Both the position numbers and the translations under genes were made by a program. The notes under the pieces were generated by a model. The model saw nothing but the letters and a program-made list of their open reading frames with translations, ran no database searches and was not told where the DNA came from. DNA of 64,000 nucleotides from Hypanus sabinus. Lineage: Eukaryota. Numbering within the stretch: position 1 is the stretch's first letter; the number at the start of each line of letters is the position of its first letter. Positions 26,501 to 39,657 of this stretch are shown in pieces. The stretch is from contig NC_082716.1 in the NCBI RefSeq assembly GCF_030144855.1, forward strand, positions 43,586,001-43,650,000, given 5' to 3'.

Positions 26501-26737
26501 GTTCATCGTTCTATTTTGTTCTTCACTTGAAGTGGGTAACTCTAGAGAATTCAGGAAGGTGTCAGTTTGAGTTATACTTCCCCCTGGACCTTTGGAATAC
26601 AGAGTTTTGTAAAACGCTTCAAAAGCTTCTTGAATTTCACTTAGCTTATTTTTTATCATTTTTGTTCTTGGATCCCTAATTCAATTATTAATTTATTTTC
26701 TGCTTCTTTTTTCAATTTCCATGCCAGTATTTTCATA
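23573..26737 (-). mobile_element. 5'-truncated L1 (third subfamily) with an internal AT-rich insertion
   Basis: KSPGSDGY, ISVDAEKAID, YADD; poly(T) at 23573; TSD TATTTTGC at 23565-23572 and 26738-26745. Confidence 0.88.
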
Positions 26738-27539
26738 TATTTTGCATTTTCTAAACACTAGTTCTTGAAGAATAAATTTTCCAAATATTCTAGGAAGATT
26801 CCAGAAAAGGTCCACAGGTTCAAAAGGTTGAAGGGTCTGGAACTTGAAATGTTAACGATGTGTTGTTTTCCAGTTGACTTGCTGAGACTTGCTAGCATTT
26901 TTTGTTTTCAATTATGAAGGAAATCATCTTTATTAAAACCTAAAGCCCCTTGCCTGTTAGAATACAGTTGAGTTGGGGGCTTTGTGCGACAAAGTGTTTC
27001 CCAACAACTTTAAATGTTTTTTTAAGGTAGTACAGAATTGGAAGTTGACAGGAACTACTCCTGTCAGTTATTTGAGATCCTTTGGATTTTACATGATTAA
27101 TTTGGGATGGGAAAGAAACTTCCCGCAGTTTATTTCCTATACATTTGTCTTAAGAGTTAATTTCTTGTTTCTGTTACGAAACTACATGATGATCATTTGT
27201 GTAGAGTGCACAAAATCAGAACTTGCCATGTTATATGTTCAGTTGATCTTCTGTCCTTCATTATGTGTGTTTCAAAGAAATAGATTGGATTTGGCTTGCT
27301 ATGAATTATGCTTGCATTTATTGTTAATTGTACGTCATTAATTTTATCTTGACTCAGAATTAAACTACGAGACTTCAATTCCCTTACCCACTTCAGAAGT
27401 TGGTACATTTTGACTTTTGTATGTAGTAAAAGGAATACATGCAAATTTATATTGTAGATAAATTGCATTCATTAATGAATGTCAAGCTAAATTAAGTTGT
27501 TAACCTTGTGGGAGGGTAAACTGAAACATGTCCTGGTCA

Positions 27540-28880
27540 ATAAGTATTAGTCTGGCTGGAGATCCTTGACCGGTAGTGTTCGGCAGGGATCCATTCAATG
27601 GCCTCTGCTGTCTGTGGTATGTGCAGTTGGATATGTAAGCAAATTTGCTGAAATTTGTTAACGGATAGTGTTGAAGACTGAAGATTGTCAAAGAATACCG
27701 TGGGATGTTTACACATGTGGGTGGAGAAATGGGAAGTGGAGTTTAATCTGGGTTGAGTTAAGCTTTATAGCATTTTCCTTTATAGGAAGGATGCAGAGGT
27801 TTTGGAAAAGGTTTAGAAGAGGTTTACTAGGGTGCTGCTTGAGTTATAGAGGCATGTGCTATGAAGAGAGGTTGGACAAACTAGGGTTGTTTTATCTGGA
27901 GTGGCAGAGACAGATCTGATAGAATGTTATAAGAGGCATAGATAGACTAGATAGCCAGTATCTTTTTCCAGGGGTTGAAATGTCCAATACTCGAGGGCAT
28001 GCATTTAAGGTGAGACCATGAAAATTCAAAAGAGATGTGCGGGCAAGTTTTTGTTTACAGAATGGTGTGTGCCTAGAATCACTGCCAGGACTGTTAGTGG
28101 AGGTGGATGCAATAGAGGTATTTAAGAGTCTCTTAGGCAGATGATATGCAGTGTTAACATTCACTTCAAGAGGGCTAGAATATAAAAGCAAGGATGTAAT
28201 GCTGAAGCTTTATAAGGCATTGGTCAGAGTGCATTTGGAATACTGTGAGCAGTTTTGGGCTCCTTTTCTAAGACAGGATGTGCTGGCGTTGGAGAGGATC
28301 CAGAGGTGGTTCACGAGAATGGTTCCAGAAACGAAAGAGTGTTTGATGGTTCTTGGCCTATGCTCATTGGAGCTTAGAAGAATGAGGGGGGGGATCTCAT
28401 TGAAACTGCTAAATAGAGTGGATGTGGAGAGGATGTCTCCTATAGTGGGGGAGTCTAGGACCAGAGAGCACAGCCTCCGATTCTGATGTCCCTTTAGAAC
28501 TGAGATGTGGAGAAATTTCTTGAGCCATAGCATAGGGAGTTGATGGAATCCATTCCCAGGGTTGGCTGTGGAGGTCAAGTCATTGGGCATATTTAAAGCA
28601 GACATTGATAGGTTCTTGATTAGTCAGAGCAGCAGAGGTTAAGGGGAGAAGGCAGGAGAATGGGGCTGAGAGGGGTAATAAACTAGCCATGACAGAATGG
28701 TGGAACAGACTCAAAAGGTTGAATGGCCTAATTCTTCTCCTATGTCTTATTAAGTTCTTAGGCTATAGATCATGTGCTCGCAGAAGGGATTAGCTTCATT
28801 CAGCACCATCAGTTAATTAATTTGCCACAACATTGTGGCTTGATGAGCCTGACTCTGTGTGTATTGTTTTATGTTCTATG
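27540..28880 (+). mobile_element. Two CR1-like fragments, the younger (about 28150-28760) nested in the older
   Basis: YEERLDKLGLF; LYKALVRVHLEYC; two separate 3' tails. Confidence 0.75.
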
Positions 28881-29084
28881 TATCCAAAGGTGACTCAAAC
28901 CTCAATTTGAACTGATATTCTATGTATTCAGATTTTGATATGCTGAGGCATGGATTAGACAGGGTTTTGAAAATAAGCATTTTTCATTTCATTATTAATT
29001 TGCTCATTAGGTAGAAATGAATTGACAATCATTTGCTCTGTAGTGAATCTGAACACTTGAAGAACTTCGTGTGCTTTCCCTCAG

Positions 29085-29259
29085 ACTGGAACTCCTCAGT
29101 CCGCTGCTCAGCCTCCAGTTGCAAAGAGACCTGCAAAACTCGTAGACGATGTGGCGCAGACACCTCCGACCTTGCCAGCATCAGCCGAGGAAAGGCACTC
29201 CCCGAAACCCATTCCGAAGCCAACGTCACAGGATAACCTGGCTCAGCAAAATATAATTG
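29085..29259 (+). CDS. CC2D1B: CC2D1B exon, Pro-rich linker: TGTPQSAAQPPVAKRPAKL...QDNLAQQNII
   Basis: ccctcag acceptor, G|gtatat donor; open frame; phases 0 and 1 bridge the flanking exons; GC/CpG-rich versus the intron. Confidence 0.85.
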
Positions 29260-29527
29260 GTATATTTTCTCTTCATTCACTCCAACAGCATAAATTTAAA
29301 GTCTATATAGTTTAATGACCAGAGATCTGGCAGAGTAAGCTGGGGTCCTTTTGTTTGCACAAAAAAGCCAGGTTTCTAAATGACTTGAATGAAATGCTGC
29401 TGCCTGACTTCTGGAGTGTCACTCAGTAATGTCCTGTTTCCCATCTGAGTGAGGAGCAGGTACATGTACACCTTTAATTTTCCCATTGACGTATTGTCTA
29501 ATGGACTACAAAAAATCCACAAGAACC

Positions 29528-29770
29528 GGGGGCAGTGTGGTAGTGTAGTGGTTAGTATGATGAGATGACACCGCCAGCGGCCTGGGTTCAATTCCACTGC
29601 TGTCCGTCCATTCTCCCTGTAACCGCATGGGTTTCCTCCGGGTGATCCAGATTCCTCCCACACATGGGTTAGAGGATTAACTGGTCATATGGGTGTAATT
29701 GGATAGTTGGGGCTCGTTGAGGCAGAAAGGGCCTGTGACTGTGCTGTATTTCTAGATTAAATAAAATAAA
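29528..29770 (+). mobile_element. tRNA-derived V-SINE (HE1-like)
   Basis: A box TAGTGTAGTGG (29541), B box GGTTCAATTCC (29585), V-core tgggtttcctccgggtg..ttcctcccaca, CR1-like tail, A-rich end. Confidence 0.8.
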
Positions 29771-29890
29771 GTTTGAATGAAGATTTTAGAGTTTTACTTT
29801 CTATCGGCAGCCATAGTACCTTTGAACCTGACACTAGTAATTCTCAGTTCTGTAATATTTCATCTGATCACTGTCTCTGTTGTCTTTCAG

Positions 29891-30063
29891 CCCAACAACA
29901 AGTGGAATTTCTTGAGAATCGAAAGAAGCAGTACATGAAAGCTGCTTTGCAGGCAAAGCAAAAGAACAACCTGGAACAAGCAAAGCATTTTTTTAGGACT
30001 GCCAAAGGCTTTGACCCACTGATTCTGGCTGTCCAAAATGGGAAACCAATTGATATTTCAAAG
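29891..30063 (+). CDS. CC2D1B: CC2D1B exon (DM14 repeat): QQQVEFLENRKKQYMKAALQAKQKNNLEQAKHFFRTAKGFDPLILAVQNGKPIDISK
   Basis: tttcag acceptor, AAG|gtgaag donor; DM14 pattern. Confidence 0.95.
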
Positions 30064-30411
30064 GTGAAGTAAAGCTGAATGCCAACTTGGTCGATTAACT
30101 TCTTGTCTTCATGCCAGTGCCTTTGCTGGCATATTTTGAGATCATGAGGCAAAAGATGTAGTACTTCATTCTAACCATTGTTCTGTGTTCTGTGGCCTAT
30201 ATACCATTAAGTGGCTAAATCCTGCCAATTCTTTGCCCTCCACATCCAAGACGTTTCTTAAAACCATTTTCTTTGATTAAGCATCTGTCATCTCAAAACA
30301 TTCGGTTTCCACTTTCCTTCCTGTTCTATGGACATGGGCGCTTTGCTACATTAAAGCTGAGTGTACAGGCACAAAAGGAATTCTGATAATTGGAATAGAC
30401 TGTGAAGTGGA

Positions 30412-30592
30412 GACATCAAGGAGTACAGATGCTGGAATCTGGAGCAGAAAATAAGCTGCTGGGGGGGGGCCTTGGTGGGTTGAGCAGCATCTGTGCAGGC
30501 GAGATGGTCAGCATTTCACATGGAGATCCTGCATCAAGTGACTCTTTGCTTCAACAGATGCTGGCCCACTGAGTTTCTCCAGCAGTTTGTAA
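30412..30592. mobile_element. Head-to-head Penelope pLTR-end remnant
   Basis: cagatgctggaatctggagc ... cagatgctg..ctgagtttctccagca; same family as 38085, 50420, 55000, 57830. Confidence 0.6.
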
Positions 30593-30806
30593 ACAGCAAA
30601 GTGGCTTGCTGGAGCCCAAAAATACACAGAAGTTACACAGGAGGCTACAATGATAATCTGGGATGCTGTTCGTGTGGAGTTTGCACATTCTCCCCATGAG
30701 CACGTAGAGCAGTTTCCTCAGATTTGTTAAAAATGTGTTGGTAGGTATGGTATCCCTTGGTAGAAAAGAAGTGAGTATTGAGAGAAAAAGTTGATAGGCT
30801 ACAGGG

Positions 30807-31670
30807 AAGTAAGTCAAGTCAGGTCATTTTTTATTGTCATTTTGTACAGTACACAGTAAAAATGAGACGACGTTTTTCAGGACCATGGTGCTACGTGAAA
30901 CAGTACAAAAACTACACTGGACTATGTAAAAACAACACAGAAAAAAAGAACTACACTAGACTACAGACCTACCCAGGACTGCATAAAGTGCACAAAACAG
31001 TGCAGACATTACAATAAACAAGACAATAGGCACAGTAGAGGGCCGTAAGTTGGTGTCAGTCCAGGCTCTGGGTATTGAGGAGTCTGATGGCTTGGGGGAA
31101 GAAACTGCTACATAGTCTGGTTGTGAGAGCCCAAATGCTTCAGTGCCTTTTCCCAGATGGCAGGAGGGAGAAGAGTTTGTATGAGGGGTGTGTGGGGTCC
31201 TTCATAATGCTGTTTGATTTGCGGATGCAGCGTGTAGTGTAAATGGCTGTAATGGTGGGAAGAGAGACCCCGATGATCTCAGCTGACCTCACTATCCGCT
31301 GCAGAGTCTTGCGATCTGAGATGATGCAATTTCTGAACCAGGCAGTGATGCAGCTGCTCAGGATGCTCTCAATACAACCCCTGTAGAATATGGTGAGGGT
31401 GGGGGGGGGGGGGCGGGTGTTGGAGATGGACTTTCCTAAGCCTATGCAGAAAGTAGAGACGCTGCTGGGCTTTCTTTGCTATGGAGCTGGTGTTGAGGGA
31501 CCAGGTGAGATTCTCTGCCAGGAGAACCCCAAGAAATTTGGTGCTCTTAACGATCTCTACCAAGGAGCCGTGGATGTTCAGCAGAGAGTGGTCACTCCGT
31601 ACCCTCCTAAAGTCAACCACCATCTCTTGTTTTGTTCACATTCAGAGACAGGTTGTTGGCTCTGCACCAG
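30807..31670 (-). mobile_element. Rex1/Babar-type LINE 3' fragment
   Basis: MVVDFRR, KFLGV, KKAQQRLYFL; (aagtc)n tail. Confidence 0.85.
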
Positions 31671-32124
31671 GGATGTGAATGAGGAATGGAATATAGAGCA
31701 AGCATGGAAATAGAATGCCAAAGTAATTCAGTAAGAAAGGAATTCAATGAGTGTAACAGGCCAATGGCAGGAATACAGTAAGAGAAGGATATGAGGATTT
31801 TAATGGATGCTGCTTTCAATCCAAAAACCTTGATTTAATAATATTATTAAATGTTTTAAGTAAGCCAATTTTTATTAACTTAAAAAAACATTAAATTGCA
31901 TCATTTTTTGTTACTTTTGAAAAGTAGACAGCTGTGAGACAAAGATTAGACTCGGCTATTTGTCCACGTTGTCTGAGCAGTTTAGTTAGTGAGGCTTATT
32001 CTTGCCCACCTCTGTAACTATGTACATCATGCAAGATCCTGCTGCTATGCAGAATCTCATCAACCAGATCCAGAATACACAGAAGTAAGGTTTGCCCCGA
32101 TGAATCCCAACCAGTTAAATTGTC

Positions 32125-32380
32125 AGAGACATAATGCATAGCAGCAGAATTAGGCTATTTGGCCCATTGAGTCTGCTCCACCATGGCTGATTTATTATCC
32201 CTCTCAACTCCATTCTCCTGTCTTTTCCCCATAATCTTTGACACCCTTACTAATCAAGAATCTATCAACCTCTGCTTTAAATATACTGAGTGTCTTGGCC
32301 CCACAGGCACCTGTGGCAATTAATTCAACTGATTCACCATACTTTGGCTAAAGAAATTCGTTCTCCTCACTGGTCTAAAG
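32125..32380 (-). mobile_element. CR1-like 3' end
   Basis: gcagaattaggc, aatcaagaatctatcaacctctgctttaaat. Confidence 0.7.
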
Positions 32381-33409
32381 GGAGCAGAGAAAGAGATTGG
32401 GGCAGGTCCATTAACTACATTTACAAAATGTTTAGACAGGTACATGGACTAGTTGGACCGAAGGGATTGTTTGTAATTGTATGATTTTAAGTGTGAACTA
32501 GCACAGAATTCAAGTAATGAATATACTCAGCAAAGCCCAAGCGTTGTCAGTCTCACAGGAGTGAAGGTTCACCATCAGTTTAAATGTAATTACTTTATGC
32601 AAAGGACAGTTCATGTGAAACATATGCCCAGGTTTATACCTTTGGTTCTGTGCTTGACAGCACCTGCAAGAGTGCACTTGTGATACTATTTGTGCCACTC
32701 TGCTCGGTATTCTCTCTCACGAGTCTTGCAGGACTAAGTTTTTGCCTGACTAACATCATTCAGTCATGTTGCAACTCATTATTAATACAAGTAAAGTTAT
32801 CTTTTTTGGCACATGCCAGCATTTATTTCTGGCAATCATTTACAAATTAAACCTGATGGGCCAACATTACTGTCCTTGAACTAGAATTCAACTTTTAACT
32901 CTCATCATGAAAACTACCATTTTTAATTTTACCTTCTGACTTGTCTAAACTACCATAATTACTCTTATCAGTTTATGATTAGGACAATCGCTTTCTCTAT
33001 ATCCCATCTGCCCTACAAATTCATGTGGCTTAAGATGCTGTGGCACAAAACCTCTACAAGATTTGGACATAATGGTAACTTTATCTTCACTCTATTTAGC
33101 TGGCAATATGTGAAAGCAAAATGATTTCAGGATCCCAAACATTATATTCAAAATGCCTTCATGAAATTATAGCACTTTGCTTAATCATTTCCAATCATTA
33201 CAGTGATTATCTGTGGCAGCATTCAGATTTCTGCATGGGTTTTATATCTTCCATTTTCAGAGCAAATGATTTCTGCTCTGATCTCATAATTCTCTATGCT
33301 TTGAAACTCAGGGTAAAGATTGCCATCTCTTTTCCAGCTTCTCTTTGTTTTTGTTCCCTCTGGAAGTCAGTCAGCCTTTCATCCCAGTAAAGTGCTATAA
33401 AGACATTTT

Positions 33410-35375
33410 CCATAGGCTGCAGGTGAATGTGTTCTTTCCAATGTGTAAAAGAGAGGCGAGAGAGGATACTGGACCACTGGAAAATGATGCTGGAGAGGTA
33501 GTAATAGAAACATAGAAAACCTACAGCACAATACAGGCCCTTCGGCACACAAAGTTGTGCCGAACATGTCCCTACCTTAGAAATTACTAGGCTTACCCAT
33601 AGCCCTCTATTTTTCTAAGCTCCATGTCCCTCTCCAAAAGTCTCTTAAAAGACCCTATCGTATCCGCCTCCACCACCATTGCCGGCAACCATTTCTGTAC
33701 ACTCACCTCTCTCTGTGTTTAAAAAAAAACTTACCCCTGACATCTCCTCTGTACCTACTTCCATGCACCTTAAACCAGTATCCTGTTGTGGCAACTATTT
33801 CAGCCCTGGGATAAAGCCTTGACTATCCACAGGATCAATGCTTCTTACCATCTTATACAGCTCTATCAGGTCACCTCTCATTCTCCATTGCCCCAAGGAG
33901 AAAAGGCCGAGTTAACTCAACCTATTCTCATAAGGCATCCTCCCCAATCCAGGCAACATCTTTGTAAATCTCCTCTGTACCCTTTCTATGGCTTCCACAT
34001 TCTACCTGTCGTGAGGCGACCAGAACTGAGCACAGTACTCCCAAGTGGGGTCTGACCAGGGTCCTTTATAGCTACAACATTACCTCTTGAGTCAAGGAAA
34101 TGGCAGATGAACTGAATAAGTATTTTGTATCAGTCTTCACTATGGAAGATTCTAGCAGTGTGGTGGAAGTTCCAGACTGTTGGATCAGAAATGTGTGAAG
34201 GTGCCATTACGAGGGAAATAGTTCTTGGGTAGGTCTGAAGGTCGATAAGTCACCTGGACTAGATGGTGTACACCCCAGGGTTCTGAAGGAGGTGGTTGAA
34301 GAGATTGTGGAGGCATTAGTAATGATCTTTCAAGAATCACTAGATTCTGGAATGGTTCTGGAAGACTGCAAAATTGCAAATGTCACTCCATTCTTCAAGA
34401 ATGGAGAGACGCAGAAAAAAGAATATTATAGGCCAGTTAGCCTGACTTCTGTGGTTGGGAAGATGTTGGAGTCGATTATTAAGGATGAGGTCTCAGGGTA
34501 CTTGGAGGTACATGATAAAGTAGGCCGTAGTCAGCATCTTTTCTCAAGGGAATATCTTGTCGTGACAAACGTTTTTGGAATTCTTTGAAGAAATAACAAG
34601 CAGGATAGACAAAGGATAATTGGTTGATATTGTGTACTTGGACTTTCAGAAGGCCTTTGAGAAGGTGCCACACATGAGGCTGCTTAACAAGTTAAGAGCC
34701 CATGGTATTTCAGGGAAGCTTCTGGCATGGATAAAGCAGTGGCTGATTGGCAGGAGACAAGGAGTGGGAATAAAAGGAGCTTTTTCTGGTTGGCTGCAAG
34801 TGATTTGTTGTGTTCCACAGGGGGTCTGTGTTAGGACTGATTCTTTTTATATTATATGTCAATGACTTGGATGATGGAACTGATGGCTTTGTTGCAAAGT
34901 TTGCGGATGAAATGAAGATAGGTTAAGGGGCAGGCAGGTTTGAGGAAGTAGAGAGACTACAGAAGGACAGATTTGGAGAATGGCTAAAGAAGTGGCAGAT
35001 GGAATATAGTGTCGGGAAGTTTACGGTAATGCAGTTTGGAAGAAGAAATAAAAGGGTAGACTATTTTCTAAATGGAGAGAAAATTCAAAAATCTCAGGTG
35101 CAAAGGAACTTGGGAGTCCTTGTGCAGGATTCCCTAAAAGTTACTTTGCATGTTGAGTCTGTGGTGAAGAAGGCAAATGCAACAGTAGGATTCCTTTCAA
35201 GAAGACTAGAATATAAAAGCAAGGATGTAATTTTGAGACTTCATAAACTTGAAGGGATATGGGGAGAAGGCAGGAGATCAGAGCTGAGAGGAAAAATGGA
35301 TCAGCCATGATGAAATGGTGGTGCAGACTGGATGGGCTGAATGGCCTGATTCAGTTCCTATATCTCATGGTCCTG
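33410..35375 (+). mobile_element. CR1-like LINE interrupted by a minus-strand CR1 3' end (33506-34090)
   Basis: YRPVSLTSVVGKMLE, YLDFQKAF; host reads ggtagtaat then resumes caaggaaatggcagatgaactg. Confidence 0.85.
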
Positions 35376-35864
35376 TAGTGTAATAGTATTCTACAGGAAT
35401 GACAGTGTTGAAGTAAAAAAGAGGGAATTACAAAGATAGTCCCTGGGTAAAATGACAGTCTTGTCATCAAGTATACAGGCTGTCCCTGGGTAACAAACAA
35501 GCTCTATTTATTTTAACTCTGAAGACTGACTCTGGGCAGAGGTTGAAAATGCACAGAAAACACTTGATGCGGTAACCATTTCGCCACAGTATTGTGACGA
35601 ATGGCATCAAAAGCACAAGATTGATCAGAGAAAATTACTACAAATGAGAAGTGGAGTGAAAGTGGGTGGGGAGCTAATTCTGTTGTTTGCAGAACCTAGT
35701 ATTTGTATGTATGTCATTGGATATTTTAATATGGGAGTTTGTCATTACGTAGGATGTCCGTAAGTCAGGCGTTTGTATCCCAGGGAAAGCCTGTATTTTA
35801 TTTTGAAGGCACATATGCAACTATGGACATTGAGTGTGTGTTTTATTTTTCCTCCTTTTTTCAG

Positions 35865-35996
35865 GTTCCTTCCCCCCCTGAGGATGAGCAGAATGACAAT
35901 GACTTTATAATAGTGCATCATAATGATGTGCAGATTTCAGCAAAGATAGATGAAGTATACACACACCTTATAAACCTTCTGAAAGAACAGTATGAG
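35865..35996 (+). CDS. CC2D1B: CC2D1B exon: VPSPPEDEQNDNDFIIVHHNDVQISAKIDEVYTHLINLLKEQYE
   Basis: Long pyrimidine tract plus cag; GAG|gtattt donor. Confidence 0.95.
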
Positions 35997-36398
35997 GTAT
36001 TTGTTGTCATGTACTGTGACGTGCATACATAAGTTTTTTTTAACAGTATTTTATAACCTATTATATGTATGTCTAAGTTTTTCCTTGTGAAGTACAATAC
36101 CTGTCTTCCCCCACTACCAGAGGTTGAGTTACAATTTTGTACAATTCGGTGAGAAAACCTCTAATTTTTCTAAACTCTAATGATGACGATAAAGATATAT
36201 TATATGCAGAATGTTAACTCATTTTAAAAACAAATGCATTCTCTTTGGTTGGAGGAGTGAATAGAAAAATTCTGTGTTGTAATACAATAATTCCATTATT
36301 AGAGATATATAGTAGATGAGTGTGTGTGTAGTTTGTGCCTTCCTGATGATCTTTCCCTTTCATACTTTATAATTAAACCTTTTTCCTTTTAAATCTAG

Positions 36399-36457
36399 AA
36401 ATGTATGACATATTCCAAGCAATTTACACATCTTGGTAATGTGGCTGAGACTACAAA
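36399..36457 (+). CDS. CC2D1B: CC2D1B exon: KCMTYSKQFTHLGNVAETT(K)
   Basis: atctag acceptor, AA|gtaagt donor; GNVAETT motif. Confidence 0.93.
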
Positions 36458-36599
36458 GTAAGTGCAGAAATTATCATTGTCCCATTTGAAGCAGGTAATT
36501 AAAATGCTCTTCTCTACTTGTCTTATATTTCAGAAGTTCCAGTAATAAAGTGATACTTCCAATAAAAGCAGTTAAAAGTTAGATCTGTAAGTACCAGGC

Positions 36600-37565
36600 T
36601 GACAGTGACATGGTGTTCCACAGGGGTCGGTGTTGGTGCCACTTCTTTTTATGCAGAATATCAATGATATAGATGATGGAATAGATGGCTTTGTTGCCAT
36701 GTTTGCAGATGATATGAAGATTGGTGGAGGGGCAGGTCGAGTTGAGGAAACAGGAAGGCTGCAGAAAGACTTGGACAGATTAAGAGAATAAGCAAGAAAA
36801 TAGCAAATGAAATACAATGTTGGAAAATGCACGGTCATGTACTTTGGTCGAAGAAATAAATGTGCAGACTGTTTTCTAAATGGGAAGAAAATCAAAAAAT
36901 CTGCAATGCAGAAGGGCTTGGGAGTCCTTGTGCAGAACATCCTAAAGGTCAACTTGCAGGTTTAGTCGATGGTGAGGAAGGCAAATGCCATGTTAGCATT
37001 AATTTCAAGGGGTTAGAATACAAGAGCAAAGGTGTGATGCTGAGGCTTTATAAAGCAGTGGTGAGGCCTCACCTTGAGTATTGTGAAGATTTGGGCTTCA
37101 CATCTCAGAAAAGATGTTCTGGCATTGGAAAGGGTTCAGAAGAGGTTCACAAGGATGATTCTGGGAAAGAAAGTTTGATGGCTCTGAGTCTGTGCTCGCT
37201 GGAATTTAGAAGGATGAGGTGAGATCTCATTGAAACCTTACAAATGGAAAGGATGTTTCCCATGCTGCGAGAGTCTAGGACAAAGGGACATAGCCTCAGG
37301 ATAGAGGGGCATCCATTTAAAGCAGAGATGTGGAGAGATTCCTTTAGCCAGAATTTATTACCACAGGCAGCTGTGGAGGTCATGTCAATGGGTGTATTTA
37401 AGGCAGAGATTGAGAGGTTCTTGATTGGGCACGGCATCAAAGGTCACGGGGAGAAGGCCGGAGAGTTTGGCTGAGGAGGGGAGAAAAGATTAGCTGTGGT
37501 TGTATGATGAAGCAGACTCAATGGGCCAAGTGGCCTAATTCTGCTTCTGTGTCTTATGATCTTGT
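36600..37565 (+). mobile_element. CR1-like LINE 3' part
   Basis: ggtgttccacaggggtcggtgttgg, tttgcagatgat, LYKAVVRPHLEYC, typical tail. Confidence 0.85.
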
Positions 37566-37687
37566 GTATGCATACCCATATTTATTTATCAGTATTGTTG
37601 CATAAATAATGTTTTATGGTGACAACAGTAAATTTCACTACTAGTTGCACAGAGCATATGTGAAAACCTGTGTTGCTGTTTTTGTAG

Positions 37688-37804
37688 ATTTGAAAAGATG
37701 GCTGAAAATTGTAAAAAAAATCTTGAAATCCTTAAACTTGGGCAAGCTCAGGGCTTGGAACCTCCAAAGTACCACTTTGAGGAGAGGACATTTAAAACTC
37801 TACG
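37688..37804 (+). CDS. CC2D1B: CC2D1B exon: FEKMAENCKKNLEILKLGQAQGLEPPKYHFEERTFKTL(R)
   Basis: tttgtag acceptor, CG|gtatgg donor; phase 2-2. Confidence 0.94.
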
Positions 37805-38084
37805 GTATGGATCTCTGTTTTCGTAAATATTTCAATTGCAATACCTTTTGGATCAAAAAGAAAATTTTGTGATTGAGATGGGAGTTATTGTTGCAACGGA
37901 GAAGAATGTCTCTGAGGATTTCTCCTTCGGCTTTTGTTGTAAAGACAGCACTATCTTTTCTTAGTTTTTAGAAACATTTTCTTGTTATGGCATTTTGAAT
38001 TAATAACACATTACAAACTTGCAAGAGTACAAATAATGCTGAGCAACAAATAGCTTTGACACACTTTACTTGAAAGCAGAGACA

Positions 38085-38285
38085 GACACGGGACTACAAA
38101 TGCTAGAAATCTGGAGCTGGAGGAACTCAGAGAGACAAGCAGCCTCCTTGGAGAGAACTGGGCGGGTGATATTTTGTGTTGAGAAAGGCCGATGAGGGGT
38201 CCTGATGCAAACTGTCAGCTGCCCAGTTCCCTCCACAGATACTGTCTGATCTGCTGAGTTCTTCCAGCTCCTTTGTGTTGCTCCA
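38085..38285. mobile_element. Head-to-head Penelope pLTR-end remnant
   Basis: gctggaggaactcag pairs with ctgagttcttccagc; decayed core ccgatga at 38189. Confidence 0.6.
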
Positions 38286-39000
38286 CTATACTTGAAACAA
38301 CTTTGTGAAAAAAGTTGTTTTTCCTCACCTGGTACAGGTGAACACAGCACTGGTATAAAAGTATATAAGGTAGGGGCAGGGATCAGGATCGAGACATTTA
38401 TGAGAATAAAATGGTTTCATGTCAAGTTTAAAAAGTGAATAAGAAATTGTTCCTCGATATATAAGAATTTATTACTTTAGTTTTGAGAGGGAGAAAAAGA
38501 AAATCTCACTTGAATGCGCATTGCAGCCAATAGTCTGTTAAGGATATATACTTTGCAACCCAATTCTCCTCAAATTTCCTTTGCTTGTAAAGTTAGTTTG
38601 TAACTATTTGCGTTTCATAAGACATTGAACCACACTTGATACCATGGTACAAATCACCATATAGTATCTGTTTTTTCCACATCTCCTTACAACAGCTTAT
38701 CCTATAGCACAATAAATATAGATAAAGCCCCGAAGATCATAACCAAAATTTTGTCAATGATCCTAGAGATACTGGAGCAAAAAAGTTTAGTCAAGGAAGT
38801 TTTAATGAGTATATCAAAGGATAAAAAAGAGAATTATTAATTTGAGTTAAAAATTCACAATGGATAAAAGGTACTTTTTTGTACTGTTGGCCTGTTCTTT
38901 GTCTATTGGATTACATTTCAAGTTATTTTATCTGTCATTCATGCATCACCTACTCCTGTTCAAGAAGCCATTAATTAGATCAAAGTATTTTACTTTGCAG

Positions 39001-39074
39001 GATATTTTCAGACATTAGTAGTACTGAGATGCTTCTCATCATTGTGAAAGGAATAAATCTTCCTGCTCCTTCAG
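39001..39074 (+). CDS. CC2D1B: CC2D1B exon (C2 domain start): IFSDISSTEMLLIIVKGINLPAPS(G)
   Basis: ttgcag acceptor, CAG|gtaaga donor. Confidence 0.94.
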
Positions 39075-39657
39075 GTAAGACAAAGGGCTTGGGAAAGCAG
39101 CAGCAACATTACCAAGAAGCAGATAATGTGTACGAAAATAAACTCAAGGCACTGAAATGTTAGCATAAAACCAAAGGAACTTTATTAAATCTTTTCAACA
39201 ATCTTTTGGTTCAGCCCAAATAAATAAGTCGGAGATAATTTCCAACCAGCAAGGAGAGCTCATAAAGCTATTTGCCTTTTGAGTGAAAAGATCAGATTAG
39301 CTCCCTTCTCTAAGTCTACTATACTAAGCTTCCAACTTGGGCTGGTCCTGAACTTGTATCTAGTTTCTCCCCTTTATGTCTTCTGAATATTTTATCTGAG
39401 ACTCATTCTATTCCATTTCAGCTAAACTGCTGATCACACAGCTCTCAGAGCTTCCACATTGCCTGATATTGTAAATCATTCTCTCTTACCATATGGGGAA
39501 GCTGAAGTCAGATGTATCAGTATTACAGAGAAGGGAATTACAGAGGCATGAGAGAGGAGTTGGCCAGAATTGATTTGAAAAAAACACTGGCAGGGATAAC
39601 GGCAGAACAGCAATAGCTGGAATTTCTAGAAGCAATTTGGAAGGCACAGGATATCTG

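Noticed and set aside
29528-29600. tRNA gene
   Set aside because: A and B boxes are present, but there is no convincing cloverleaf and it continues into a SINE core and tail
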